From an uncultured Alphaproteobacteria bacterium (GTDB lineage: Bacteria; Pseudomonadota; Alphaproteobacteria; Rhizobiales; Beijerinckiaceae): DNA of 64,000 nucleotides. The stretch is from assembly GCA_963835955.1 (NCBI GenBank), contig CAWIHZ010000006.1, positions 11,118 to 75,117 on the forward strand. Reading direction: 5' to 3'. Numbering within the stretch: the stretch's first letter is position 1; every line of letters begins with the position of its first letter. Both the position numbers and the translations under genes were made by a program. A model generated the notes under the pieces. That model was not told the origin of the DNA, searched no databases, and was given only the letters and a program-made list of their open reading frames with translations. Shown here piece by piece: positions 49,287 to 59,978 of this stretch.

Positions 49287-49482
49287 GGGGTTACGGTGAC
49301 AGTGCATTTTACTCCTCCGACGGGCTCGACCGGCCTTCCTTCGGCTTGGGCCCGCGCTTGAGGGGGTGGAGGCGGCGGCGGGTCCTGGTTTCCAGCGCGG
49401 CGAGGAATGGTTCCGAACCGACCGGCCGTCCGACGCTCTCGCCTTTGCGCAGGCGCGCCGTCGCCCCTTCGTCCTCGTCGGT
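49287..49482 (-). pseudogene. partial copy C: flanking repeat (perfect) plus the last ~58 codons of the RAYT gene, in tandem with copy B
   Basis: Aligns with 47754-47949, almost identical. Homology stops at ...cgtcctcgtcgg|tgaag. Confidence 0.85.
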
Positions 49483-49990
49483 GAAGTTTGCCTTGCCGCC
49501 CCTTCGCGCCGTCGTGGAGGCTGAGTTGGCCAAATGATCGACGGCTGCGCCCGCGTCTCCAACCAGCGCGTCCGCCGCCACGGCGAGAGGCAACACGACC
49601 GACAGCGGCGCATCGTCCAAGCGCCGAGCTTTTTGTTTTCCGAGCCTTCATCCCTGGCAAGGGCGCTCATAGCCCGTAGTGAGACGGGCGTCTCTCGACG
49701 CCATTTGAGCGCGCCGCCTTGCCCGAACGGCTTCGGTATAATGGCCCGTGTCCACGCATTCCGGCGTCGACGGCCCGCCGCCGCCAATGGCGGTTCCGGC
49801 CGGTGGCGGCATTATCTTCCTGAAAAGCCGAACCCGTGTTAGGATCGCCTCGACGATGAACCCGGGGCCGCTTGTCCCGGCGACGGCGGGACGCGTTTGG
49901 CGGGATCAGGAGCCGGAGAAAAAAACAATTTGGATTCGCGCATAAACCCTTGAAAAGGCTCAATTCGCGGAAGGGAATCGTTTGGATTCC

Positions 49991-50042
49991 GCTTCCCCTG
50001 GCTTTGCTCTGGCTTCCCCTGGCTTTGCTCCGGCTTCCGTGG
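49991..50042. repeat. 21-bp tandem repeat, 2.5 units (GCTTCCCCTGGCTTTGCTCYG)
   Basis: Units at 49991-50011 and 50012-50032, with a partial unit at 50033-50042. Flanked by three TTGGATTC motifs (49932, 49983, 50045). Confidence 0.8.
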
Positions 50043-50250
50043 ACTTGGATTCCATTGCCGCTGGCTTGGATCGGCGGCCCGGCGAGGGCTGGCGCGAAGC
50101 GCTCGACATCCGATTAGGAGATCCTGCGGATCAGGCGCAGCGCGCCAACCGGCCCTCGTCCCCCATTTCCCAAATCCCCCGAACTGCCCTATTCCGTCCG
50201 GCTTAATGAATCGGGGCCGGACCGCCGGCCCGCGCGGGAGACATTCGGGC

Positions 50251-51660
<1,410 letters not shown>

Positions 51661-51676
51661 GAGCGGCGCTGCGTCG

Positions 51677-52603
51677 ATGAGCTTTCCCGACATTGTCGGC
51701 GATCTGAGGGGGCTCGCGCCGCGGCTGCGCGGGCGCCTGGTCGCCAACGCCCCGATCGCCGAGACGACCTGGTTTCGGGTCGGCGGCCCGGCGCAGGTCC
51801 TGGCGTCGCCGGCCGACGAGGAGGATTTGGCGTATTTCCTCAGCGCGCTGCCGCGCGAGATTCCGGTGACAACGATCGGTCTCGGCTCCAATCTGATCGT
51901 CAGGGACGGCGGCGTCGAAGGGATTGTCGTGCGCCTCGGCGGGCGGGGATTCGGAGCGATCGAATGCGCGGCCGAGGCGCGAATCGTCGCTGGGGCCGCC
52001 GCGCCGGATCAGCGCGTCGCCAAGGCGGCGGCCGAGGCCGGCGTCGACGGCCTGGCTTTCCTGCGCGGCGTTCCCGGTTCGATCGGCGGGGCGCTGCGCA
52101 TGAACGCCGGGGCTCACGGCGGCGAGATCAAGGATGTGCTGATCGAGGCGCGCGGCGTCGACCGCTCCGGCGCCCGGCGGGCCTTCTCGAACGCGGATCT
52201 CGGCTTTGCCTATCGCCACAGTCGCGCTCCCGACGACATCGTCTTCACCGGCGCGACGTTTCAGGGCCGCCCGGGCGACCCCGTCGCGATCCATGCCGAG
52301 ATGGAGCGAATCACCCGCGCGCGCGAAGCGACGCAGCCGATCCGCGAAAAGACCGGCGGCTCGACGTTCAAGAATCCGGTCGGGTTCAAGGCCTGGGAGC
52401 TGATCGACAAGGCGGGCTGTCGCGGACTGCGCCGCGGCGACGCGCAGGTGTCGGCCATGCACTGCAACTTTCTCATCAATCTCGGGCAAGCGAGGGCCGC
52501 CGACCTTGAAGCGCTCGGCGAGGAGGTGCGGCGCCGGGTCCTCGCCAGCAGCGGGGTCGCGCTCGAATGGGAGATCAGGCGAATCGGCGCCGCGAGGTTT
52601 TGA
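51677..52603 (+). CDS. murB: UDP-N-acetylenolpyruvoylglucosamine reductase
   Basis: ...[12 protein letters not shown]...[13 protein letters not shown]...[20 protein letters not shown]...GSTFKNP... Confidence 0.95.
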   Translation: MSFPDIVGDLRGLAPRLRGRLVANAPIAETTWFRVGGPAQVLASPADEEDLAYFLSALPREIPVTTIGLGSNLIVRDGGVEGIVVRLGGRGFGAIECAAEARIVAGAAAPDQRVAKAAAEAGVDGLAFLRGVPGSIGGALRMNAGAHGGEIKDVLIEARGVDRSGARRAFSNADLGFAYRHSRAPDDIVFTGATFQGRPGDPVAIHAEMERITRAREATQPIREKTGGSTFKNPVGFKAWELIDKAGCRGLRRGDAQVSAMHCNFLINLGQARAADLEALGEEVRRRVLASSGVALEWEIRRIGAARF

Positions 52604-52697
52604 CCCAATCTAGGCCGGCCATCTGGCCTGCGTTGACCTTTCGCGCGCGCAATTCAGCTATTTTTCCGCAATCTTCCCCAACGTCGAGCCGCCCCGG

Positions 52698-52738
52698 TTA
52701 ACGGCTCGTTAAGTCCCACGACTTAATTCTAACTTAAC
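52698..52738 (+). promoter_or_regulatory. two tandem CtrA-box-like motifs (TTAA-N7-TTAA) upstream of ddl
   Basis: TTAAcggctcgTTAA at 52698-52712 and TTAAttctaacTTAAC at 52723-52738, 38-78 nt upstream of the ddl ATG in an otherwise GC-rich spacer. Confidence 0.4.
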
Positions 52739-52775
52739 TTTGCCGATTGGCGGAGCGTTAGGGAAATGGCGGGCG

Positions 52776-53696
52776 ATGAAGCATGTCGCGGTCCTGATGG
52801 GCGGCTGGTCGGCCGAGCGTCCGGTCTCGCTCAATTCCGGGCGGGGCTGCGCCGACGCGCTGGAGGCGATGGGCTACCGCGTCACCCGCATCGACGTCGA
52901 TCGCGCCATCGCCGACACGCTGGCCAGGCTGAGGCCCGACGTCGCCTTCAACGCCCTGCATGGACCGTCGGGCGAGGACGGAGCGATCCAGGGCCTGCTC
53001 GAGATCCTGCGCATCCCCTACACCCATTCGGGCGTGTTGGCCTCGGCGCTGGCGACCCAGAAGGACCTCGCCAAGATCGTGCTCGAGGCGGCGGGGATTC
53101 CCGTCCCCTTCGGGATAACGGTCGATCGTCACGAGGCCGCGCGCCGCCACGTGCTGACGCCGCCCTACGTGCTCAAACCAGTCAACGAGGGTTCGTCCCT
53201 AGGGGTCGTCATCGTCAAGCAAGACCGCGCCGATCCGCCACAGGAGGTCGGGCGAGAGGACTGGCCCTATGGCGACAGGGTGCTCGCGGAGCAATTCGTC
53301 GACGGCAAGGAACTGACCTGCGCGACAATGGGCGACCGGGTGCTTGGCGTGATCGAAGTCCAGCCTGTTTCCGAAGCGTTCTACGGATACGACGCAAAAT
53401 ACGCGAAAGGAGGCTCACGTCATGTCCTACCGGCAGAGATTAAACCGAATATTTACCATAAGGTTCAAGAATTGACGCTCAGGGCCCATCGAGCCCTGGG
53501 TTGTCGCGGGGTTAGCCGCGCCGACTTTCGGTTCGACGAGTCGAAGGGCGAAGAGGGCGAGCTGGTGTGTCTCGAGGTCAACACGCAGCCGGGCATGACG
53601 GAAACGTCGCTGGTGCCGGAAATGGCGGCCCACGCGGGCCTGTCGTTTGGCGAGCTGGTCGCCTGGATGGTGGAGGACGCGTCGTGCGACCGTTGA
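52776..53696 (+). CDS. ddl: D-alanine--D-alanine ligase
   Basis: MKHVAVLMGGWSAERPVSLNSG...FNALHGPSGEDGAIQGLLE...PYVLKPVNEGSSLGV...EVNTQPGMT... Confidence 0.95.
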   Translation: MKHVAVLMGGWSAERPVSLNSGRGCADALEAMGYRVTRIDVDRAIADTLARLRPDVAFNALHGPSGEDGAIQGLLEILRIPYTHSGVLASALATQKDLAKIVLEAAGIPVPFGITVDRHEAARRHVLTPPYVLKPVNEGSSLGVVIVKQDRADPPQEVGREDWPYGDRVLAEQFVDGKELTCATMGDRVLGVIEVQPVSEAFYGYDAKYAKGGSRHVLPAEIKPNIYHKVQELTLRAHRALGCRGVSRADFRFDESKGEEGELVCLEVNTQPGMTETSLVPEMAAHAGLSFGELVAWMVEDASCDR

Positions 53697-54622
53697 GCGG
53701 GGCGTTGGCATGGGAGCAGAACGCCCGGCCCGCGCTGGCCGGCATTCCAGCGGAAGCGCGCCCGCCCAAGGTTCTGCTGCGCGGCGAACGCGCGGCCCGT
53801 GGCTCGAGGCGCTGGCGGATTCCGCTCGACCGTCCGGCGCCGCTCGGGCTGGAAATCGCGCTTGCCCTCGCGGTTCTCCTCGCGGCGGCGGGACTGGGCG
53901 CCTTGCGGGGCGGGCAACTTCATGAGTTTGCGGCGCGGCACGGCGGCGTTGGCGACTTTCTCGCCCGGTCGCTCGGCTTCGGCGTCGACATCGTGACCGT
54001 GTCCGGCGCGATCCATATGACAGAGCCGCGAATTCTGTCGATCGCCGGCATCAATTCGACAACGTCGCTTCCCTTTTTTGATGTCGCCGAGGCGCGCGCG
54101 CGGCTCGAGGCCGATCCGCTCGTCAAGCAGGCGAGCGTGCGCAAGCTCTATCCGGATCGGATCGTTATCAATATCGTCGAACGCACGCCCTATGGCGTCT
54201 GGCAGAAGGACGGGCGGATTCGCGTCATCGCCGCCGACGGCGGGCCGATCGACGACGTCCGTGACGGCCGCTACGTCGATCTGCCCTTTGTCGTCGGGGT
54301 AGGCGCCAATACGCGCGTTCGCGAATTCACCGCGCTGCTCGGAGCCATGGAGGAATTGCGGCCGCGCGTCGAGGCGGGGATGCTGATCGGCCAGCGCCGC
54401 TGGGATCTCAAGCTCAAGTCGGGAATCGAGATCAAGCTGCCGGAAGCCGATCCAAAGTCCGCGATCGAAACCCTGCTCGCCCTCCAGCGCCAGTCTCGCA
54501 TCCTCGAGCGCGACGTTCTTGCCCTCGACTTTCGCGTCCCGGGCCGGGTCTTTGTCCGTCTATCGCAGGACGCGGCGGCCGCCTGGTCCGAGGCGCATTC
54601 AAAGAAGGGGGCGCGGCCATGA
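53684..54622 (+). CDS. ftsQ: cell division protein FtsQ
   Basis: Single TM segment (LEIALALAVLLAAAGLGAL) followed by a POTRA-like segment (IVTVSGAIHMTEPRILSIAGI...). Position between ddl and ftsA. GTG 53684 is chosen and the start is uncertain. Confidence 0.85.
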   Translation: MRPLSGALAWEQNARPALAGIPAEARPPKVLLRGERAARGSRRWRIPLDRPAPLGLEIALALAVLLAAAGLGALRGGQLHEFAARHGGVGDFLARSLGFGVDIVTVSGAIHMTEPRILSIAGINSTTSLPFFDVAEARARLEADPLVKQASVRKLYPDRIVINIVERTPYGVWQKDGRIRVIAADGGPIDDVRDGRYVDLPFVVGVGANTRVREFTALLGAMEELRPRVEAGMLIGQRRWDLKLKSGIEIKLPEADPKSAIETLLALQRQSRILERDVLALDFRVPGRVFVRLSQDAAAAWSEAHSKKGARP

Positions 54623-55935
54623 GCTTCAACCCGCTGCCGCCGCGCATGCGCCAGATTCCCGCGCGCAAAAGCGCGATCCTGTCGGTGCTCGATGTCGGCG
54701 CCTCGAAGATCGTCTGCCTGATCGCGCGGCTGACGCCGATGGAGCCTTCCGATTCGCTGCGCGGCCGCACCCACCGTTGCAAAGTGCTCGGCATCGGCCA
54801 CCAGCGCTCGAACGGCGTCAAGGGGGGAGCGGTCGTCGACCTCCACGCGGCCGAGCAGGCGGCGCGCCTTGCGATCGACGCGGCCGAGCGCATGGCCGGC
54901 GTCGAAGTCGGCGGCGTCATCGTCAACATGTCTGGCGGCCTTCTGGCTTCACGACGCTTCGCCGCCAAAGCGGCCCTGCGCGGCAAGATGGTTTCCGAGC
55001 ATGACATTCGCCGCGTTCTTGAGGCCGCCGCGGCGGGCAACGCCCAGCCCGGGCGAACCGTTCTGCATGGGCTTCCGACCGGATTCTGGCTGGACGCCGC
55101 GAGCGGCGTTCGCGATCCCCAAGGCATGATCGGCGAGGAGCTCGGCGCCGACCTTCACCTCGCGTCGTGCGATTCGGCGACCGCGCGCAACCTGATGCTG
55201 GCGGTCGAGCGCTGCCATCTGCGCGTCGAGGCGATGGTCGCGACGCCCTATGCCGCCGGGCTGTCGACGCTGGTCGACGACGAGGCCGAGCTGGGCGCAG
55301 CCGTCATCGATTTCGGCGGCGGATCGACGACGGTCGGCGTTTTTTCCGGCGGCCGGCTCATTCACGTCGACGCCGTGGCGGTCGGCGGCATTCATGTGAC
55401 GCGCGACATCGCCCGCGGGCTCAATGTCGCTATCGCCGACGCCGAACGCCTCAAGACGCTTTACGGCGCCTGCATCGTCTCCGCGTCCGACGATCGCGAA
55501 TCGATCGCCATCCACCGGCTTGGCGACGACATGGATCACCCGAGCCATCTGCCGAAGTCCGAACTGCTGCGGATCATTAGGCCGCGGGTCGAGGAAATCC
55601 TGGAGCTCGTGCGCGATCGGCTTCGCGCTTCCGGCCACGCCGCGCAGGCCGGGCGGAGGCTCGTGATGACCGGCGGGGCGTGTCAATTGACCGGGATGCC
55701 CGAACTCGCCCGCGCGATCATTTCGAGCGAGGTCCGCATTGGCCGCCCGCTCGGAATCGAGGGCCTGCCGGAATCCGGCAAGAGCCCCTCCTTCGCCGCC
55801 GCCGTCGGATTGATGGTCTATCCGCAGGTGGCGGGCCTCGAATTTCATGAACCGGCGCGGCTTGCCTCGCGGCAGGCGGATGAGGAGAGCGGGTACGCGG
55901 CCCGGGTAGGGCGGTGGTTGAAGGAGAGTTTCTAA
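54619..55935 (+). CDS. ftsA: cell division protein FtsA
   Basis: 438 aa, actin-like ATPase (VLDVGASKIVCLIA..., IDFGGGSTTVGVF..., LTGGACQLTG). The ATG overlaps the ftsQ stop (ATGA). Confidence 0.95.
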   Translation: MSFNPLPPRMRQIPARKSAILSVLDVGASKIVCLIARLTPMEPSDSLRGRTHRCKVLGIGHQRSNGVKGGAVVDLHAAEQAARLAIDAAERMAGVEVGGVIVNMSGGLLASRRFAAKAALRGKMVSEHDIRRVLEAAAAGNAQPGRTVLHGLPTGFWLDAASGVRDPQGMIGEELGADLHLASCDSATARNLMLAVERCHLRVEAMVATPYAAGLSTLVDDEAELGAAVIDFGGGSTTVGVFSGGRLIHVDAVAVGGIHVTRDIARGLNVAIADAERLKTLYGACIVSASDDRESIAIHRLGDDMDHPSHLPKSELLRIIRPRVEEILELVRDRLRASGHAAQAGRRLVMTGGACQLTGMPELARAIISSEVRIGRPLGIEGLPESGKSPSFAAAVGLMVYPQVAGLEFHEPARLASRQADEESGYAARVGRWLKESF

Positions 55936-56031
55936 CCGGAGTTCTGGGCCTTCGCCTGCGGCGAGGCGTCGAGAAAAGGCTTTTACGCATTCGAATCAGC
56001 GCCGGCGGGCGCCCAACGGAGTGAGGCAGGC

Positions 56032-57645
56032 ATGTCGATTAACATCAAGGCGCCCGAACTCAGGGAATTGAAGCCGCGCATCATGGTTTGCGGCGTCGGC
56101 GGCGCGGGCGGCAACGCCGTCAACAACATGATCGTCTCCGGTCTTTCCGGAGTCGATTTCATCGTCGCCAACACGGACGCGCAGGCCCTGACCTCTTCGC
56201 GCGCCGAGCGCATTATCCAGATGGGCCTTCAGGTGACGGAAGGTCTGGGCGCCGGCTCCAAGCCTGAAATCGGCAAGGCGGCGGCCGAGGAAGCGCTCGA
56301 GGAGATCCGCGACCATCTCGCTGGCGCGCACATGGTCTTCGTCACCGCCGGCATGGGCGGCGGCACTGGAACGGGCGCGGCGCCGGTCATCGCCAAGGCC
56401 GCGCGCGAAATGGGCATCCTGACGGTCGGCGTCGTCACCAAGCCGTTCCATTTCGAAGGCGGCCGGCGCATGCGGGTGGCCGAGACCGGAATCTCCGAAC
56501 TGCACAAGGCGGTCGACACCCTCATCATCATCCCCAATCAGAACCTGTTCCGCGTCGCCAACGAGAAGACCACTTTCGCCGACGCCTTCGCGATGGCCGA
56601 TCAGGTCCTCTATTCCGGTGTCGCTTGCATCACTGACCTGATGGTGAAAGAGGGCCTCATCAACCTCGATTTCGCCGACGTCCGCTCCATCATGAGCGAG
56701 ATGGGCAAGGCGATGATGGGCACCGGCGAGGCGGCGGGCGAAAAGCGCGCGGTGCTTGCCGCCGAGGCTGCGATCGCCAATCCTCTTCTCGACGAGACCT
56801 CGATGCGTGGCGCGCGCGGGCTCCTCATTTCGATCACCGGCGGCAACGATCTGACGCTCTACGAGGTCGACGAGGCGGCGAGCCGCATACGTCAAGAAGT
56901 CGACGAGGAAGCCAACATCATTCTCGGAGCGACATTCGAGCCGGCGCTCGACGGCGTCGTGCGCGTTTCCGTGGTCGCGACCGGCATCGATCAGGCCTCG
57001 ATCGCCCAGATTGAACCCGTAATCGTTCAGCCGCGGGCCGAAGTTCAGCCTCGGCCGCGCGCCCCGGCTCCGACGCCGATCCGCGCGACGCCGCCGTCGG
57101 AGAGCGAGGTCGCCGCGACCGCTCATGACTCGAGCGAGATGGCGACCCAGCCGGTCGCGGTCGCGTACAGCGCCTTCCCGGAGCCGATCGAGCCCCATTA
57201 CGAACCGGAAGAGGCGGCCGCGCCCTTCATTCCGCCGGCGCCGGCGCCGATCGCCCGCGCCGCGCGAATGCCGCAGATCGAGGATCTGCCCCAGGTCGCG
57301 CAGAATCAGTTGCGCGCCGTGCGGGACGCGCAGGCTGGCGCCGCCGCGCCGCCGACCGAAACGCGCCGCCGATCGCTGCTGGAGAAACTGGCCGCCTTCG
57401 GCATCACGCGCAGCGACGAAGAGCCGGCGGCGAAGGCCCCATCGCCCTTGCTGACCGCCCCGCCGGCGCCGAGGCCGCACGCCGCGCCGCCGGCCCAAAG
57501 CGATCTCGTCCGGGCTCAGCGACAGCAGGCGGCGCGCGCGTCGTCGGGCGCTTTGGACCCGCATGGCCGACACGCCGCTCGTCCCCCGGTTTCGGACGAC
57601 GACCACCTGGACATTCCCGCATTCCTGCGACGGCAGTCCAATTGA
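56032..57645 (+). CDS. ftsZ: cell division GTPase FtsZ (long Pro/Ala-rich linker)
   Basis: [13 protein letters not shown], tubulin signature [17 protein letters not shown]-terminal DIPAFLRRQ peptide. Confidence 0.98.
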   Translation: MSINIKAPELRELKPRIMVCGVGGAGGNAVNNMIVSGLSGVDFIVANTDAQALTSSRAERIIQMGLQVTEGLGAGSKPEIGKAAAEEALEEIRDHLAGAHMVFVTAGMGGGTGTGAAPVIAKAAREMGILTVGVVTKPFHFEGGRRMRVAETGISELHKAVDTLIIIPNQNLFRVANEKTTFADAFAMADQVLYSGVACITDLMVKEGLINLDFADVRSIMSEMGKAMMGTGEAAGEKRAVLAAEAAIANPLLDETSMRGARGLLISITGGNDLTLYEVDEAASRIRQEVDEEANIILGATFEPALDGVVRVSVVATGIDQASIAQIEPVIVQPRAEVQPRPRAPAPTPIRATPPSESEVAATAHDSSEMATQPVAVAYSAFPEPIEPHYEPEEAAAPFIPPAPAPIARAARMPQIEDLPQVAQNQLRAVRDAQAGAAAPPTETRRRSLLEKLAAFGITRSDEEPAAKAPSPLLTAPPAPRPHAAPPAQSDLVRAQRQQAARASSGALDPHGRHAARPPVSDDDHLDIPAFLRRQSN

Positions 57646-57925
57646 TTCGGCCGCTCGGGGCGGCCCCGTGCCCAGCCGCGGCTCGCGCCGCAGCTGGGCA
57701 GGGCGCGAAAATAATGATAAGATGAAATCGTAAAATATTGAAATATCAATATAATCGTGTTTTCGACGTATTGTAACTTTTGTTCACCAAAGGTGATTTG
57801 GCCTCGTGGCCCTTGACCCCTAGTCTGCCCGAGGACCGCGAACCGCCGTCTAAAATGGTCTTTCGCTCCGTAACGCGGTCAACGCGGGGCAATTGAGGCT
57901 GGCGAGGGCCCGGGGACTTTTCAAG

Positions 57926-58873
57926 ATGAGATTTGGCCTTCAGACAACGCTGCGCGACCGGGTGGCGATCAACGGCGCGGGCGTTCATTCGGCGGAGCCT
58001 GCTCATCTGACCCTTCATCCAGCAGACGTGGATTCAGGCGTCGTGTTTCTGCGTACGGGTCTGCCGGGCGGACGTGAACGTCTGCTGGAGGCCAAGCGGG
58101 CCAATGTGACCGACACTGCCCTGTGCACCGTTCTCGGCGACGGGTCGGGCGCCAGCGTCCGCACGGTCGAGCATCTTCTCGCCGCCATTTTCGGCCTGCA
58201 GGTCGATAACGTGCTGATTGAAATCGATGGGCCGGAGACCCCGGTCATGGACGGGTCCGCCGGCGAATTCGTCAGCGCCATCGATCAGGCCGGCCTTGTC
58301 GAGCAGTCGCGCGCGCGCCGCCATCTCAAAGTCCTCGAACCGGTCCGTGTCGAATGCGGCGGCGCTTACGCCGAGTTTCTGCCTGCGGAGAGCGGTTTCC
58401 GCCTCGATGTCGAGATCGACTTCGAATCGAAGGCGATCGGTCGCCAGCGCCGTCGCTTTAATCTCGATCCAGCGACGTTCCGTCGCGAGATCGCTCGCGC
58501 CCGGACGTTCGGATTCGTCGCCGATGTGGAGGAGCTCTGGCGATCCGGCCACGCGCTCGGCTCATCGCTCGAAAATTCCGTCGCCATCGACGGCGATGCG
58601 ATCCTCAATCCCGAGGGACTGCGCTACGCCGACGAATTCGTGCGCCACAAGGCGCTTGATGTCGTCGGCGATCTCTCGCTTGCCGGCGCGCCGATCATCG
58701 GCCTCTACCGGACTTATCGCCCCGGCCACAAACTCAACGCCATGGCGCTGAAGGCATTGCTCGACCGGCGGTCGGCTTACGAATTCGTTGAAGCTCCGGC
58801 GTCGAAGGCTTTCCTCAAGCGTCTCGCGACGGGAGCGCATGCGCCAGCCGCGGCCTTCGCCGCCGCCGACTGA
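57926..58873 (+). CDS. lpxC: UDP-3-O-acyl-N-acetylglucosamine deacetylase
   Basis: ...LQTTLRDRVAINGAGVHSA...TVEHLLAA...PVMDGSA...HKALD..GD... Start placed at ATG 57926. Confidence 0.95.
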   Translation: MRFGLQTTLRDRVAINGAGVHSAEPAHLTLHPADVDSGVVFLRTGLPGGRERLLEAKRANVTDTALCTVLGDGSGASVRTVEHLLAAIFGLQVDNVLIEIDGPETPVMDGSAGEFVSAIDQAGLVEQSRARRHLKVLEPVRVECGGAYAEFLPAESGFRLDVEIDFESKAIGRQRRRFNLDPATFRREIARARTFGFVADVEELWRSGHALGSSLENSVAIDGDAILNPEGLRYADEFVRHKALDVVGDLSLAGAPIIGLYRTYRPGHKLNAMALKALLDRRSAYEFVEAPASKAFLKRLATGAHAPAAAFAAAD

Positions 58874-59066
58874 TCTTCGGCGGGACGCGAGCGGGCGAAT
58901 TTCTTTCGAGCCGCGATTTCCACGCGCCGCCGCGATCGGCAGCCAATTTTCACTTGCGCGCGATTTCTTCTCGTGTGGCGCACGCGCCCGGAGTGGGGTA
59001 AACAGCCGCTTCGCCGCGAACCTGGGCGGCGCAGTCGTCCTCCTGCAACCCATCGAGTTCCAAAGC

Positions 59067-59966
59067 ATGGCAAAGGTCGAATTCGGCATGACCCCATTCA
59101 GCGCCGGCAGGGCGCTGGCGCGGCGTAGCGCGGCCGCGGCCGCGCTGACCGCCATCGCCCTCTGCGCCTCCTCTTGTTCGATGTTTGACCAGTTCAACCC
59201 GTTCGGCGGCTCAAAGTACAAGATGGAGATCACACCGGACGTCCCGGCCACCAAGCTGTACGATCAGGGTCTCGAAAAACTTGCCAACGGCGCGCCGCAA
59301 GAGGCGGCGAAGAAATTCACCGACCTGGGCAAGCAATATCCCGATTCGGACTGGAGCCGCAAAGGCCTGTTGATGACGGTCTACGCCGATTATCGGGCCG
59401 GCGCCTATGAGGACGCGGAAACCGCCGCCGACCGGTATCTGAAGGAGTACGCGAAGTCGCCCGATGCGGATTATGTCCTCTATCTGCAGGCGAACTCCTA
59501 TTACGAGCAGATTCCGGATATTTCGCGCGATCAAGAGAAAGCGGCAAAGGCCCTGGCGGCTTTTCAGGCGGTGGTGCAGAAATATCCCAAGTCGGAATAT
59601 GTCGAGGATTCGAAGTTCAAGATCACGGTCACCGAGGACCAGCTCGCGGGCAAGGAAATGTCGATTGGCCGCTTTTACCTGAACCGGCGCAATTACACCG
59701 CGGCGATCAACCGATTCCGCAACGTGTTGCAATACTTTCAGACGACTCAACAGGCGCAGGAAGCGCTCTATCGTCTGGTCGAAGCCTATCTGGGCCTGGG
59801 GATCACCCAGGAGGCGCAGACGGCTGCGGCGGTCCTCGGCCATAACTTTCCCGACAGCCAGTGGTACCGGGACGCCTATGCGCTGTTGAAGGGCAAAGGG
59901 CTCTCGCCGCACGAAAACGTTAATTCGTGGATCTCCAAGATCTACCATACGATCGTGCCGTCCTGA
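59067..59966 (+). CDS. bamD: outer membrane protein assembly factor BamD
   Basis: Lipoprotein signal (LTAIALCASSC) followed by TPR-like repeats (LYDQGLEKLANGAPQEAAKKFTDLGKQYPDSDW..., KYPKSEYVEDSKFKI..., IGRFYLNRRNYTAAINRF). Confidence 0.9.
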   Translation: MAKVEFGMTPFSAGRALARRSAAAAALTAIALCASSCSMFDQFNPFGGSKYKMEITPDVPATKLYDQGLEKLANGAPQEAAKKFTDLGKQYPDSDWSRKGLLMTVYADYRAGAYEDAETAADRYLKEYAKSPDADYVLYLQANSYYEQIPDISRDQEKAAKALAAFQAVVQKYPKSEYVEDSKFKITVTEDQLAGKEMSIGRFYLNRRNYTAAINRFRNVLQYFQTTQQAQEALYRLVEAYLGLGITQEAQTAAAVLGHNFPDSQWYRDAYALLKGKGLSPHENVNSWISKIYHTIVPS

Positions 59967-59978
59967 CGGGGCGCTTTC

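Noticed and set aside
46488-50042. Whether the GTAATAC array or the 21-bp tandem repeat could be CRISPR arrays
   Set aside because: The units are 7 and 21 nt with no unique spacers of CRISPR size, and there are no cas genes in the window.
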